Positions 1-10,641 of a stretch of 64,000 nt of DNA are shown one piece after another (the stretch's first letter is position 1; each line of letters starts with the position of its first letter). The position numbers and the translations under genes are program-made. Below the pieces are notes generated by a model that made no database searches, had not been told where the DNA came from, and was given only the letters and a program-made list of their open reading frames with translations. The stretch comes from Gemmatimonadales bacterium (lineage in GTDB: Bacteria; Gemmatimonadota; Gemmatimonadetes; Gemmatimonadales; GWC2-71-9): positions 5,463 to 69,462 of the forward strand of contig JBHEPH010000004.1 in assembly GCA_046260395.1 (NCBI GenBank). The letters are read 5' to 3'.

Positions 1-627
1 CTGGCCGACGCCGAGTCCCGACTGACCGGCGCGCGGAAGCTGCTGGAGAAGACGGCGATTCGTGCGCCGTTCACGGGGGTCGTCAGCGCCCGACCGGTCA
101 ACCAGGGAGATATCGTCCAGCCCGGTGCGGTGCTGGTGACGGTGGTGGACCCCCGCAGCATGGAGCTGCAGGCGGCGGTGCCGCTCGAGGCCCTCTCGAC
201 GCTGCGTCGCGGCAGCCGGGTGGACTTCACGGTTCCCGGCTACGAGGGCCGGCAGTTCGTCGGTACGGTGGACCGCATCAACCCGACCGCCGATCCGCTG
301 ACCCGGCAGGTGCGCATCTCGGTGACGATCCCCAATGCGGGCGGCGACCTGGTCGGCGGGCTCTTTGCCCAGGGGCGCGTGGCCACCGCCAGCGCCACCG
401 GCCTGGCCATCCCCTTCAGCGCGCTGGACCTTCGCGGCTCGCAGCCGACCGTCACCGTCTTGCGCCAGGGCAAGACGGCGGTCGTGACACCACGTCTCGG
501 CATCCGCGACGAGTCACTGGAACTGGTCGAGGTACTCGACGGCCTGGTGGCCGGTGACACCGTCCTGCTCGGCGCCGCCCGCGGCATCGCCGCGGCCACA
601 CCCGTCCGCGTCGGCCGCGACCAGTAA
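1..627 (+). CDS. RND efflux periplasmic adaptor (membrane fusion protein, HlyD/AcrA family), C-terminal part; 5' end lies outside the window
   Basis: Frame 1 is open from base 1 (LADAESRLTGARKLLEKTAIRAPFTGVVSARPVNQGDIV...), which is typical MFP beta-barrel/membrane-proximal sequence. The stop at 625-627 lies 12 nt before the RND pump gene. Confidence 0.8.
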   Translation: MADAESRLTGARKLLEKTAIRAPFTGVVSARPVNQGDIVQPGAVLVTVVDPRSMELQAAVPLEALSTLRRGSRVDFTVPGYEGRQFVGTVDRINPTADPLTRQVRISVTIPNAGGDLVGGLFAQGRVATASATGLAIPFSALDLRGSQPTVTVLRQGKTAVVTPRLGIRDESLELVEVLDGLVAGDTVLLGAARGIAAATPVRVGRDQ

Positions 628-639
628 GGAGAGGCACCC

Positions 640-3600
640 GTGTTGATTTCTGATTTCTCGATCCGGCGGCCGGTCATCACCATCGTGGCGATGTTGTCAC
701 TGGTGATCTTCGGCGCCTTTGCCCTGATCACGCTGGACACGGACGAGTTCCCGGATGTGGCGCCGCCCTACGTGTCGGTGGCCGCCATCTATCCGGGCGC
801 GGCGCCCGATGGCGTGGAGAAGGAAGTCCTCGACCCGATCGAGGAAGCGATCGCCTCGATCAGCGGCGTCAAGAAGATGATGGGGAGGGCCGAGGATGGC
901 TTCGGGCTCGTGCTCATCGAGTTCGAGTTCTCGAAACCGCTGCAGGAGGCCACCCAGGACGTGCGCGATGCCCTCTCGGCGATCCGCAATGACCTGCCGC
1001 CGGAGATGGAAGAGCCGATCATCCGCAAGTTGAACGACACCGACCGCCCGATCGTCTCGCTGGCGCTTTCGTCGCCGGTGCGCACGCCGCGCGAGCTCAC
1101 CCGCCTCGCCGACCCTGCCATCACCCGCGAGATGCGCTCAATAGGCGGCGTGGCCGAGGTCACGGTGACCGGCAAGCAGGAGCGGGAACTGACGGTGGCG
1201 CTCCGCCCGGAGGCGCTCCAGGCGGCCGGGGTCAGCGTCGGCCAGGTGGTGATGGCGCTGCAGACCCAGAACCTGGCGGCACCGGTCGGCCGGATCGATG
1301 GTGACTACGACGAGCGCTCGATCAGGCTCAAGGGCCGGCTGGTGGACCCGGTGAGCTTTGAGCAACTGGTGGTGGCCCAGCGCGGGGACCGGATGATCCG
1401 GCTGGGCGAGGTGGCGCAGGTCCGGGACGGCGCCGAGGAGCCCCGCACCCTGGCGCTCTACAACGAGCTGGAAGCGGTCGGCATCGACATCAAGAAGTCC
1501 AAGGGCTACAGCACCACGGAGGTGAGCCAGGCCGTCCTGGCGCGCGTCGAGCGCATTCAGGCCGGCCTGCCGGAGGATGTGACCCTGGAGGTGGTGCGCG
1601 ACGCCGGCCAGCGGGTGGACGACTCCGTCTGGACCGTAAAGCAGGCGCTGCTCGAGGGCGCCATCCTCACCGTCCTCGTGGTCTTCCTGTTCCTGAACTC
1701 CTGGCGCTCCACCGTGATCACCGGCCTGGCGCTGCCGGTGTCGGTGCTGGCGTCGTTCATCGCGGTGTGGGTGTTCGGCTTCACCCTGAACACCATGTCG
1801 CTGCTCGGCGTGGAGATGGGCAAGGACCACCTCCGCGCGGCCCACGAGGGGACCGCCGAGATCGGCCTGGCGGTGACCGCCACCACCTTCTCGATCCTGG
1901 CGGTCTTCATCCCGATCGCGTTCCTGCCCGGAGTGGGCGGCCAATGGTTCCAACCGTTTGCGTTGACCATGGCGTGCGCGGTGTTCGTGTCCCTGATCGT
2001 GTCCTTCTCGCTTGACCCGATGCTCTCCGCCTACTGGCCCGATCCCGAGGTGCCTGCCGAGCGGCGCGCCTGGGTCACCCGCGTCCTGGATCGGTTCAAC
2101 GACTGGTTCAACCGACGTGCGCAGGACTACAAGAAGGTCATCGCCTGGGCGCTGGACCACCGGCTGGCGGTGGTAGCCATCGCGGTCGGCACTTTCATTT
2201 TTGCCCTTAGCATGGTCCCGCTGCGCCTGGTGGGGGTGGGCTTCTTCCCCGAGGATGACCGCTCCGAGTTCAACGTGCAGCTCGAGACGCCCCCGGGCTC
2301 CAACCTGGCATACACCCGCCTGAAGGCCGAGGAGGTCGGGCGGATCATCCGCGAGTACCCCGAGGTGCGCTACACCTACACGACCCTGGGCGGGGGCCTC
2401 TCCGGTGCGGTGGACCTCGGCCAGATGTACGTGCGGCTGACCCCCAAGAACTCCCGGCCGCGCAGTGCCGAGGAGGTGGCGGCGGAGATCCGCGGTCGCA
2501 TGGCCACGATCAGCGGCGTGACCCTCGCCGTTTTCACCAACGATTTCGGCGGTGGCCGGAAGCAATTGCAGCTGGAGATCCGCGGCGACGACCCGGCGGC
2601 AATTAACCTGGTGGCCGAGCAGGTGCGTGACCGGGTGGCCACGGTGCCGAACGTGGTGGACCTGTCCATCTCGACCAAGGGCCAGAAGCCCGAGCTGACG
2701 GTCACGCTCGATCGCGGCCTGGCCTCGGCGATGGGTGTCAGCGTCGGCCAGGTGGCGCAGTCGCTCCGGCCGGCGTTTGCGGGCGTCGATGCGGGCGACT
2801 GGGTGGACCCCGCGGGAGAGACCCGCGATGTGGTGGTGCGCCTGGTGCCGGAGGCCCGCCGTCGCGCCGCCGACCTGAACCAGCTGCCATTGGTGGTGGC
2901 TGGACCGGCGGGTGTGCCGGTCACCGTGCCGCTCGGCCAGGTGGCCACCATCACCGAAGGGGTCGGGCCCGCGGTGATCAACCACCTGAACCGGGATCTC
3001 GTGGTCAACGTGGAGTGGAACGTCTCCGGCCGCTCCACCGGCGAGGTGATGAACGACGCCATGCGCCAGATCGCTGGGGTCTCCCTGCCGCAGGGGGTCC
3101 GCATCACCCAGGGGGGTGATGCCGAGCAGCAGAACGAGATCTTCGGCGACATCTTCCTGGCCCTCGGCGTGGCCGTGCTGCTGATGTACCTGATCCTGGC
3201 GATGCAATTCGGGTCCTTCACCGACCCGATTGCCATCATGCTCTCGCTGCCACTCTCGCTCATCGGCGTGATGGGCAGTCTGGCGCTGACCGGCTACACC
3301 GTGAACATCATGAGCCTGATCGGGGTGATCCTGCTGATGGGGCTGGTGGCCAAGAACGCGATCCTGCTGATCGATTTCGCCAAGTGGTCGCGCGAAAAGG
3401 ACGGACTGTCCCTGCGGGACGCCCTGATCGAGGCGGGGGCGATCCGGCTCCGCCCGATCCTGATGACCACCTTTGCCCTCGTGGCGGGCATGGTCCCGGT
3501 GGCGCTCGGCACCGGCGAGGGCGCCCAGTTCCGCAGCCCCCTGGGCGTGGCGGTGATCGGGGGCGTGCTCAGCTCGGCCTTGCTTACATTGGTCGCCATC

Positions 3601-3714
3601 CCCACCTTCTACGAGATTCTGGAAGAGTGGAAGGAAGCGATCGTGCGATTCTCCACCCGACTTTTTCGCCGCCGGCCCCAGCCGGCGCCCGCACCTGTCC
3701 CGGGGGAACCCTGA
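640..3714 (+). CDS. RND (HAE1/AcrB-type) inner-membrane efflux transporter, apparently missing TM4
   Basis: The 1024-aa ORF has an N-terminal TM (RRPVITIVAMLSLVIFG), two large periplasmic loops and a C-terminal TM cluster (NIMSLIGVILLMGLVAKNAILLIDF). It directly follows the adaptor gene. See the finding on the TM4 gap at about 1809/1810. Confidence 0.9.
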   Translation: MLISDFSIRRPVITIVAMLSLVIFGAFALITLDTDEFPDVAPPYVSVAAIYPGAAPDGVEKEVLDPIEEAIASISGVKKMMGRAEDGFGLVLIEFEFSKPLQEATQDVRDALSAIRNDLPPEMEEPIIRKLNDTDRPIVSLALSSPVRTPRELTRLADPAITREMRSIGGVAEVTVTGKQERELTVALRPEALQAAGVSVGQVVMALQTQNLAAPVGRIDGDYDERSIRLKGRLVDPVSFEQLVVAQRGDRMIRLGEVAQVRDGAEEPRTLALYNELEAVGIDIKKSKGYSTTEVSQAVLARVERIQAGLPEDVTLEVVRDAGQRVDDSVWTVKQALLEGAILTVLVVFLFLNSWRSTVITGLALPVSVLASFIAVWVFGFTLNTMSLLGVEMGKDHLRAAHEGTAEIGLAVTATTFSILAVFIPIAFLPGVGGQWFQPFALTMACAVFVSLIVSFSLDPMLSAYWPDPEVPAERRAWVTRVLDRFNDWFNRRAQDYKKVIAWALDHRLAVVAIAVGTFIFALSMVPLRLVGVGFFPEDDRSEFNVQLETPPGSNLAYTRLKAEEVGRIIREYPEVRYTYTTLGGGLSGAVDLGQMYVRLTPKNSRPRSAEEVAAEIRGRMATISGVTLAVFTNDFGGGRKQLQLEIRGDDPAAINLVAEQVRDRVATVPNVVDLSISTKGQKPELTVTLDRGLASAMGVSVGQVAQSLRPAFAGVDAGDWVDPAGETRDVVVRLVPEARRRAADLNQLPLVVAGPAGVPVTVPLGQVATITEGVGPAVINHLNRDLVVNVEWNVSGRSTGEVMNDAMRQIAGVSLPQGVRITQGGDAEQQNEIFGDIFLALGVAVLLMYLILAMQFGSFTDPIAIMLSLPLSLIGVMGSLALTGYTVNIMSLIGVILLMGLVAKNAILLIDFAKWSREKDGLSLRDALIEAGAIRLRPILMTTFALVAGMVPVALGTGEGAQFRSPLGVAVIGGVLSSALLTLVAIPTFYEILEEWKEAIVRFSTRLFRRRPQPAPAPVPGEP

Positions 3715-3791
3715 CCGGACCACGCGTATCCCGCGGCATTCGCTCCGGGGCCAAGGCCTCCGCCAGCGACGAAACCGCCACTCGCCCCAAG

Positions 3792-5570
3792 GTGACACTC
3801 TCCTCCGCCTGGCGCGAGGCGAGGGAACTGATCTGGGCCCACCGCAGCCGGCTGGCCCTCGGCCTCATGTTGATGGTGGTGAGCCGACTGGCAGGGCTCG
3901 TCCTGCCGGCCAGCTCCAAGTACCTGATTGACACCGTCCTGATCGGGGGCGACGGCCACCTGCTGACCCCACTGGCCCTTGCCATCCTGGCAGCCACCGT
4001 GGTCCAGGCGGCCACCAGCTTTACCCTCTCCCAGGTCCTTGGCGTGGCCGCCCAGCGGGCGGTGACCGACATGCGCCGCCGGGTGCAGGCTCATGTGCTC
4101 CGCCTGCCGATCCGCCGCTTCGACGAGACCCAGACCGGCATCCTGATCTCCCGCATCATGACCGACGCGGAGGGGATCCGGAACCTGGTCGGCTCGGGAC
4201 TGGTGCAGCTGGTTGGCGGCCTGATGACCGCGACGATCGCCCTGGGCGTGCTCTTCTACATCAACTGGCAGCTCACCGCCGCCACCCTGGTGTTCCTGGG
4301 GGTCTTTGCCGGCGGCATGGCGTTCGCCTTCCAGAAGCTCCGGCCGATCTTCCGCGAACGGAACAAGATCAACGCCGCCGTCACTGGCCGCCTGAACGAG
4401 ACCCTCGGTGGGGTGCGCGTGGTGAAGTCCTATGTGGCCGAGCGGCGCGAGGAGCTAGCGTTCACGCGCGGGGTCCACCTGCTGTTCCGCAACATTGCCA
4501 AGTCCATCACCGGCGTCTCGGCCATCGGCGCGCTGTCCACCGTGGTGGTCGGTGTCATAGGGGCCCTGGTGGTCATCGTGGGCGGGCGGGCCATCCTGGC
4601 CCAGACGATGACCCTGGGCGATTTCGTGATGTACATCTTCTTCATCGGGCTCGTGGCGGCGCCGCTGGTTCAGATCGCCTCGATCGGGACCCAGATCAGC
4701 GAGGCGTTTGCCGGCCTGGACCGGATCCGCGAGCTGCTGGGGATGACCACCGAAGCCGACGAGGACATGGAACGGCTGCCGGTGGAGCGGGTGCACGGAG
4801 ACGTGCGTTTTGAGGACGTGACCTTCGAGTACGTGGACGATGTCCCCGTCCTGAAGGATGTGGCGTTCGAAGCGAAGGCCGGCAGCACCACAGCCCTGGT
4901 GGGGCCGAGCGGATCCGGCAAGAGCACCCTGATCAGCCTGATCATGGCGTTCAACCGTCCGAAGACCGGCCGGATTCTGGTGGACGGCGCCGACCTGACC
5001 ACCCTCCGCCTGCGCGACTACCGGGGGCAGCTCGGCATCGTGCTCCAGGACAATTTCCTCTTCGACGGCACCGTGGCGGAGAACATCCGCTTTGCCCGCC
5101 CCGATGCCAAGATGCCCGAGGTGATGCGGGTGGCGAAGATTGCCCACTGTGACGAGTTCATCTCACGATTCCCCGAGGGGTATGACACGATCGTCGGCGA
5201 GCGCGGGGTCAAGCTCTCGGGCGGGCAGCGCCAGCGGATTGCCATCGCCCGCGCCATCCTGGCCGACCCCGGCATACTGCTGCTGGACGAGGCCACCTCA
5301 AGCCTGGATAGCGAGAGCGAGGCGCTGATCCAGAATGGCCTGCGTGCGCTGCAGGAAGGGCGGACCACCTTCGTCATTGCCCACCGGCTGAGCACCATCG
5401 TGGGCGCGGACCAGATCCTGGTCCTGGACGGCGGGGAGATCGTGGAACGGGGCTCGCACGAGGAACTGCTGGCGTTGAACGGGAAGTATCGCCAGCTCTA
5501 CGAGCGGCAGTACGGCCTGCAGGTGAACCGCTACGTGAACCCGGGCGAGGAGCTCGAACCGGTCAGCTGA
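3792..5570 (+). CDS. ABC exporter, fused permease-ATPase (MsbA/MdlB-like multidrug/lipid exporter)
   Basis: Six-TM N-terminal half, then Walker [10 protein letters not shown], signature LSGGQRQR, Walker [10 protein letters not shown] and H-loop IAHRL. GTG 3792 is the first in-frame start after the RND stop and gives a typical length of about 592 aa. The ORF-track start at 3384 overlaps the RND gene. Confidence 0.85.
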   Translation: MTLSSAWREARELIWAHRSRLALGLMLMVVSRLAGLVLPASSKYLIDTVLIGGDGHLLTPLALAILAATVVQAATSFTLSQVLGVAAQRAVTDMRRRVQAHVLRLPIRRFDETQTGILISRIMTDAEGIRNLVGSGLVQLVGGLMTATIALGVLFYINWQLTAATLVFLGVFAGGMAFAFQKLRPIFRERNKINAAVTGRLNETLGGVRVVKSYVAERREELAFTRGVHLLFRNIAKSITGVSAIGALSTVVVGVIGALVVIVGGRAILAQTMTLGDFVMYIFFIGLVAAPLVQIASIGTQISEAFAGLDRIRELLGMTTEADEDMERLPVERVHGDVRFEDVTFEYVDDVPVLKDVAFEAKAGSTTALVGPSGSGKSTLISLIMAFNRPKTGRILVDGADLTTLRLRDYRGQLGIVLQDNFLFDGTVAENIRFARPDAKMPEVMRVAKIAHCDEFISRFPEGYDTIVGERGVKLSGGQRQRIAIARAILADPGILLLDEATSSLDSESEALIQNGLRALQEGRTTFVIAHRLSTIVGADQILVLDGGEIVERGSHEELLALNGKYRQLYERQYGLQVNRYVNPGEELEPVS

Positions 5571-7755
5571 GCTCGATGGGCAGGCGCCGGATGCGCTGGC
5601 CAAGCAACACGAAGAGGGCGTTGCACACCGCGGGGGCGATCGGCGGCGTGCCCGGCTCGCCCACGCCGCCCGGCGCGTCCCCGCTCGGCAATAGCACCAC
5701 GTCCACCACGGGCATCTCGGACATCGTCAGGATCCGGTAATCATTGAAGTTGCCGGGCACCGCCCGGCCACCCGCAATGGCCACCCGCTCGCCCAGCGCC
5801 GCCGAGAGCCCGAACCCGATCCCCCCCTCCATCTGGGCCCGCACGGTATCTGGGTTCACCACGACACCACAATCGAGGGCGCAGGTGACGCGGTGCACTC
5901 GGGGCCTCCCCTCCTCCACCGAGACCTCCGCCACCTGGGCCACGAAGCTCCCGAAGGATTCGTGCACCGCCACCCCGCGCGCGCGCCCTTCGGGCACTGG
6001 TGTGCCCCACCCCGCTGCTGTTGCCGCCGCCTCGAGTACCGCGAGATGTCGGGGATGATCCGCCAGGAGCCGGCGGCGATACGCCACCGGATCCACGCCC
6101 GCGGCCGCGGCAAGTTCGTCCACGAAGGACTCCACCACGAAAGCATTCGAGGCGTGCCCCACCGACCGCCAGTAGCCCACCGGCACGCCGAGCTCCGCCT
6201 CGGAGTAGGTGATGTCCATGGCGCCCACTGCGTAGGGGAGGTCGGCGATGCCCTCGACCGCCGCGGGATCCACCCCGCCCTTCATCGGCCCGCCCAGGTG
6301 CGCGACGAAGTCTGGGATGGCGCCGGGAATGAAACGCCGGAGAATTGAGGGGGACACGATCCGGTGCCGCCACGCCGTGGGCTGGCCGGTGGCATCTTGG
6401 GCGGCGGAGAGCCGGTGGAAGGAGGCGGGGCGGTAGAAGTCGTGCCGGAGGTCGTCCTCTCGGCTGTAGATGACCCGCACGGGGCGGCCCACCGCCCTGG
6501 AGGTCTCGCAGGCATCCACCACGAAGTCCACCTCGGCGCGGCGACCGAACCCGCCGCCGAGGTAGGTGGTGATGACCTCCACCTCGTCGAGTGACACGCC
6601 GGCGATCCGTGCCGCGGCGCCCCGGGTGCCGCCGCCCGCCATGTACCGCGGGCCGGCCTGGAATTGCGTCGGCGCCCAGACGGTCACCCCGTCCGCGCGC
6701 ACGTCCGCCGTGCAGTTCATCGGCTCCATGCAGACATGCGCCAGGTACGGCAGCTCGTACTCGGCCTCGACCGTGGTCGCGGCGGCGCCGAGCGCCGCCT
6801 CGACATCCCCCTCCACCCGCACGCTCCGCCCGGTGCCATCCGCCAGCTCCCGCATGGTTCGACTGATCGACGCATCGTCCACACCAGCATGATCGCCGTC
6901 GTCCCACGCCAGCACGAGCGCCTCCCGGCCCCGCGCCGCCGCCCAGTACCCATCGGCCACGACGGCGACACCTGAACTGATCCGGACGACATCGCGCACG
7001 CCCGGCACCGCGCGTGCCGCGGTGTCATCGACCTGCTTGAGTCTGCCGCCGAAGACCGGGGAGCGGGCCACCACCGCCACCAGGGCGTCCTCCGGGCCGG
7101 CGTCGATGCCGAACACGGCGCGGCCGGTCACCTTGTCGCGCGTGTCGAGCCGGCGCCGGTCCGTTCCGATCAGCCTGAACTGCGCGGGCTCCTTGAGCGG
7201 GATATCTGCCGGCACGGGCAGCTGTCCGGCGGCCTCCGCCAGGTCGCCATACTCCAGCCGTCGGCCCGAGGAGTCATGCACAACCGCGCCACCGTCGGTC
7301 CGCAGGGACTCCAGGGGCACACCAAGCCGCTCGGCTGCCGCGGCAAGCAGCATCGCCCGCGCCGTGGCGCCGGCCTGGCGGAGCGGAAGCCACGAGGTCA
7401 TGACGGCGGTGCTGCCGCCCGTGGCCTGGACTCCCATGGCGGGGTTGTAGTATGCGGCATTGGCAGGGGCGAACTCGAAATGGACCCGGTCCCAGTCGGC
7501 ATCCATCTCTTCCGCCACCAGCATCGGCAGTGCGGTAGACACCCCCTGCCCCATCTCGGAGCGCGCCACGATGACGGTGAGCCAGCCGTCGGTGCCGAGC
7601 CGCACCCAGGCATCCGGCGCCAGCGCGGCGGTGGCGGGGTCCAGGGGAGGTTCGTGAAGGAAACGACGGGCCCAGATGGCCAGCGCCAGCCCGCCGCCGG
7701 CCACGGCGCTTGCCGTGATGAAGACGCGGCGGGATACCGCGCCGGTGGAGTTCAC
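5563..7755 (-). CDS. Molybdopterin-binding oxidoreductase subunit (xanthine dehydrogenase/aldehyde oxidase family, IorB-like), Tat-exported
   Basis: 730 aa. Twin-arginine signal [26 protein letters not shown]. The a/b-hammerhead plus MoCo-binding layout and the length are typical of isoquinoline oxidoreductase beta-like subunits. The GTG start overlaps the upstream stop (GTGA). Confidence 0.85.
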   Translation of the reverse strand: MNSTGAVSRRVFITASAVAGGGLALAIWARRFLHEPPLDPATAALAPDAWVRLGTDGWLTVIVARSEMGQGVSTALPMLVAEEMDADWDRVHFEFAPANAAYYNPAMGVQATGGSTAVMTSWLPLRQAGATARAMLLAAAAERLGVPLESLRTDGGAVVHDSSGRRLEYGDLAEAAGQLPVPADIPLKEPAQFRLIGTDRRRLDTRDKVTGRAVFGIDAGPEDALVAVVARSPVFGGRLKQVDDTAARAVPGVRDVVRISSGVAVVADGYWAAARGREALVLAWDDGDHAGVDDASISRTMRELADGTGRSVRVEGDVEAALGAAATTVEAEYELPYLAHVCMEPMNCTADVRADGVTVWAPTQFQAGPRYMAGGGTRGAAARIAGVSLDEVEVITTYLGGGFGRRAEVDFVVDACETSRAVGRPVRVIYSREDDLRHDFYRPASFHRLSAAQDATGQPTAWRHRIVSPSILRRFIPGAIPDFVAHLGGPMKGGVDPAAVEGIADLPYAVGAMDITYSEAELGVPVGYWRSVGHASNAFVVESFVDELAAAAGVDPVAYRRRLLADHPRHLAVLEAAATAAGWGTPVPEGRARGVAVHESFGSFVAQVAEVSVEEGRPRVHRVTCALDCGVVVNPDTVRAQMEGGIGFGLSAALGERVAIAGGRAVPGNFNDYRILTMSEMPVVDVVLLPSGDAPGGVGEPGTPPIAPAVCNALFVLLGQRIRRLPIELS

Positions 7756-8138
7756 GGCGCGATGGACACGGAATATCCGGCCGAGGAAAGCAGCGCAAAG
7801 CTGCCGCGGTCGGCCACTTGTTCCACCAGCCCGAAGTACTGGCTGGCCTGGCTCATGTCGGGAATGCTGATCCGGGCCACTGGTCCCGAGGTGATCGTGC
7901 CGACCACCACGATCCGGGTAATTCCGTCGGAGAGGGCGGCGGACTCCACCAGGTAGCCTCCTTCGGCCGTCACCTGGTCCACCGGGCCCACCAGCCGCAG
8001 GAGCACCGCGCCATCGGCCGCTCCGGGAGACGTGAGCGTCACGACCAGCTCACCGGCCACCGGCCCCACCGGCTCCTTGGTGCCGCAGCCGGCGACGAGA
8101 ACGAGCGCGCAGAGCGCCGCCGCAAGATTGCGACTCAT
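7752..8138 (-). CDS. Hypothetical lipoprotein
   Basis: 128 aa with a signal peptide and lipobox (LVLVAGC). There are 4-nt start/stop overlaps with both neighbours (ATGA at 8135-8138, GTGA at 7752-7755). GC3 is high. Confidence 0.6.
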   Translation of the reverse strand: MSRNLAAALCALVLVAGCGTKEPVGPVAGELVVTLTSPGAADGAVLLRLVGPVDQVTAEGGYLVESAALSDGITRIVVVGTITSGPVARISIPDMSQASQYFGLVEQVADRGSFALLSSAGYSVSIAP

Positions 8139-10417
8139 GGTGCGGCTCCAAGCTGCCTGGCAATCATCGGAGCTGGCGCCAGGATTCCTGGGGCCAGGCC
8201 CAACCGGCTCAGCATCGAGAGGTAGTCGCCAATATCGAAGTAGCCATTCCGGTTGCCCTGCAGGTCCAGGTGTTCCCGCTGCTCGGCGGAGAGCGTGCCG
8301 GTCCCGAGTATCGCGGAGCGTGCTTCGGCTACCGTCACCGGCACGGCGACGGTGAAGGTCGCCGTCACGTCATAGGGCCGGTTCATGGCAAGCGAAAGGA
8401 CCGGGGAGGTGCTGACGGTGTCGCCCGTCCAGAGGTTGAATGTCATTCCGGGCGCGGCGGTGGCGGTGAGCGTGACTTGGGTCCCCTGGGCCAGGAACGG
8501 CCCGGTCGCCGGATCGACGCCGGCAGGGCTGGTGCTGATGCTCCCCGATCCACTCACCAGGGCGAGCAGCCGGTGCTGCGTCATCATGGTGGCCACCAGG
8601 GTATCTGGCGTGACAGGGCCGGAGATGACCGTCTGTTCACGCGGCCCGCCGTTGCTCCAGCTCAGGAAGGTGACCCGGCTACGGCCCCCGGCAAGGAGCT
8701 GCTCCTGCTCGACACTGATGGCCAGGGCGCGGCCCGGCGCCACGATGTCTTCGTATCGCTGGTACAGCGTGCCATCGACCCGCACCATGGCCGTGGGAAA
8801 CGTGGTGGTGACCACTGAGGGAGGCCGGCGGGTGTAGCGGAAGGTCATCGCCCCATTCGGCAACTGGGCCACCTGGTCAAAGGCAAAGCCGAAGGGCTGC
8901 CCCTGGTAGTCGCGCGCCGCGGGATTTGTCAGGAGCGAGAAGCGGGTGTTGTTGGTGCTGCCGGGAAATGGATCACCGGGATCGCCCCGATTCTGGCGGG
9001 CCCGCAGCTGGTTCAGGCCATCAGCCTGCAAAAGCGCCACTCCGTGGCTCGGGCCGTTGTTGACGGTGTTCCCCAGCAACCCCGCAGCCACTTTCTGATC
9101 ATCCACATGCCAGAGGAGCAGCCCCGGCATCTTCTGCCGTGCCAGCGCGCCGGGCCCCATCTGCGCGGTGTCGCTCCCCACCGCCTGTCGGTTCTCCACC
9201 AGTACGTACTGCTGCGGGGCGGCCACTGCGCGGGCCAGGAAGATCGTGTCCGTCAGGACCCGCGGGCCGGTGACCACGGTCCGATGGTTCTCGAGCAGGT
9301 CGACGGTGGCCCAGCCCAGGACGAACAACGACCACGGGTCATAGGACGCCGGGCTGAGCTGGGTGACCTGGTTGCCGAGGCTCATCAGGCTCCAGTCGCC
9401 GATGCCCCAGGTCTGGTTGCTGGTGTCATACAGGTCCGGCAGCCCGAAGGCGTGACCAGTCTCGTGGGCCACCGTGCCAACCGGCAGGATCGCCCCGCTG
9501 GCGCACCCGGTGAATCCACCCAGCTGCGACTGGATCGTGTAGTCGCGCACCTGGAGGAACTGGCCGGCAATCGGGTTCCCTTGGGCGTTCCGCCGCGGAG
9601 TCTGGGTGACGTAGGGTGACCCGTTGTTCCAGACGCTGATGACCCAGCGGTGCGACCAGATCCCGCTGCTGTTGGTGCACTCGCCGCCCACCTGCGGCTG
9701 CAGGAAGGTCACGAAGTCCACGAAGCCGTCGTCATCGCCGGAATTGGGGATCCCGTCGGGGCCATCGTTGTCAAACTGCGCCCAGACGGTATCGCCGCCC
9801 GTTCCGGTGGAGACCGCATTCAGCAGGGCAATCAGCATCTGGCCCATGCGGTTCTGGTTGTTCGGCCTGGGGCAGCTGGTCTGGCCGGGGATGGAGACCC
9901 CCTTGCAGCCATCCGTTACCCACGCCGCGGTCTGGTCGTGCTGGTAGGGGGTGAAAATGACCCCATCCATCTCGATGCGCCCGCGCGACAGCTCCTCGTA
10001 GTACGTCTTCAGCGTGTAGGGGCGCCCCAGCGGCGGGGTGGTCCCGAACAGCACGTCGGAGAACTCCTGCGTCGTGTAGTTGACGGGGGTGTCGCTGTAG
10101 GCAATCGGGATGACCGGCACGATGTACCGCCCGGTGACGGCCGAGCCCATCACCTGATATGCCTGAACCGCGAACGGCCCACGGAGGACCAGTTCGGCCG
10201 ACCGGTTGAGCGCCGGGATGTCGCCCGCACGGAGCAGGGCCTGACGCTCCCGACGCACCTGGGCGGCCCGCCGGCGCCAGGCGCCGTCTGGATGGAAATC
10301 CATCCCGGGCGGCTCCACCACGCGCCGGACGCCGTCCGCCGCCTGGGCCATGACCGAACCGGGCCCGGGCCCGAGGGCCAGGATCAGGGCGGACACAGTG
10401 GCGGCGACAATGCGCAT
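8135..10417 (-). CDS. Secreted M6-family (immune inhibitor A-like) zinc metalloprotease
   Basis: 760 aa with an N-terminal signal peptide (MRIVAATVSALILALGPGPGSVMAQA). The zinc site HETGHAFGLPDLYD matches the M6 HExxH..LPD.YD pattern. C-terminal Ig-like region and a dockerin/EF-hand-like DLQGNRNGYFDIGDYLSML tail. Confidence 0.75.
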   Translation of the reverse strand: MRIVAATVSALILALGPGPGSVMAQAADGVRRVVEPPGMDFHPDGAWRRRAAQVRRERQALLRAGDIPALNRSAELVLRGPFAVQAYQVMGSAVTGRYIVPVIPIAYSDTPVNYTTQEFSDVLFGTTPPLGRPYTLKTYYEELSRGRIEMDGVIFTPYQHDQTAAWVTDGCKGVSIPGQTSCPRPNNQNRMGQMLIALLNAVSTGTGGDTVWAQFDNDGPDGIPNSGDDDGFVDFVTFLQPQVGGECTNSSGIWSHRWVISVWNNGSPYVTQTPRRNAQGNPIAGQFLQVRDYTIQSQLGGFTGCASGAILPVGTVAHETGHAFGLPDLYDTSNQTWGIGDWSLMSLGNQVTQLSPASYDPWSLFVLGWATVDLLENHRTVVTGPRVLTDTIFLARAVAAPQQYVLVENRQAVGSDTAQMGPGALARQKMPGLLLWHVDDQKVAAGLLGNTVNNGPSHGVALLQADGLNQLRARQNRGDPGDPFPGSTNNTRFSLLTNPAARDYQGQPFGFAFDQVAQLPNGAMTFRYTRRPPSVVTTTFPTAMVRVDGTLYQRYEDIVAPGRALAISVEQEQLLAGGRSRVTFLSWSNGGPREQTVISGPVTPDTLVATMMTQHRLLALVSGSGSISTSPAGVDPATGPFLAQGTQVTLTATAAPGMTFNLWTGDTVSTSPVLSLAMNRPYDVTATFTVAVPVTVAEARSAILGTGTLSAEQREHLDLQGNRNGYFDIGDYLSMLSRLGLAPGILAPAPMIARQLGAAP

Positions 10418-10641
10418 TCCGTCTCACAGGGTCGGGGTCGGTGGTCAGGCGCACAACAACAGGGAGACGCGCCCCGGGCAGGCGCTTGTACAAGATAACC
10501 GGCCGACCTGTCCCAGGTTCCCGGGGACCCCGGCGTCCGGCGCCGGCCTTACTTGAGAACGGCGCTGGAGTTTGCTAATTTAAGTCCTTGACGGCCTTGG
10601 ACTTGAGGTAACCGTTCCGGCCCCACTCGCCACGAGGCCTC

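Noticed and set aside
3384-3791. N-terminal 136-codon extension of the ABC exporter ORF
   Set aside because: It overlaps the RND gene in another frame and is Pro/Gly/Arg-rich. GTG 3792 gives a normal-length exporter beginning just before TM1.
1138-3798. 886-aa ORF on the minus strand, opposite the RND pump gene
   Set aside because: It is antisense to a clearly homologous transporter gene. The translation is Arg/His/Gly/Asp-rich low-complexity sequence with no motifs. This is a typical shadow ORF of GC-rich DNA.
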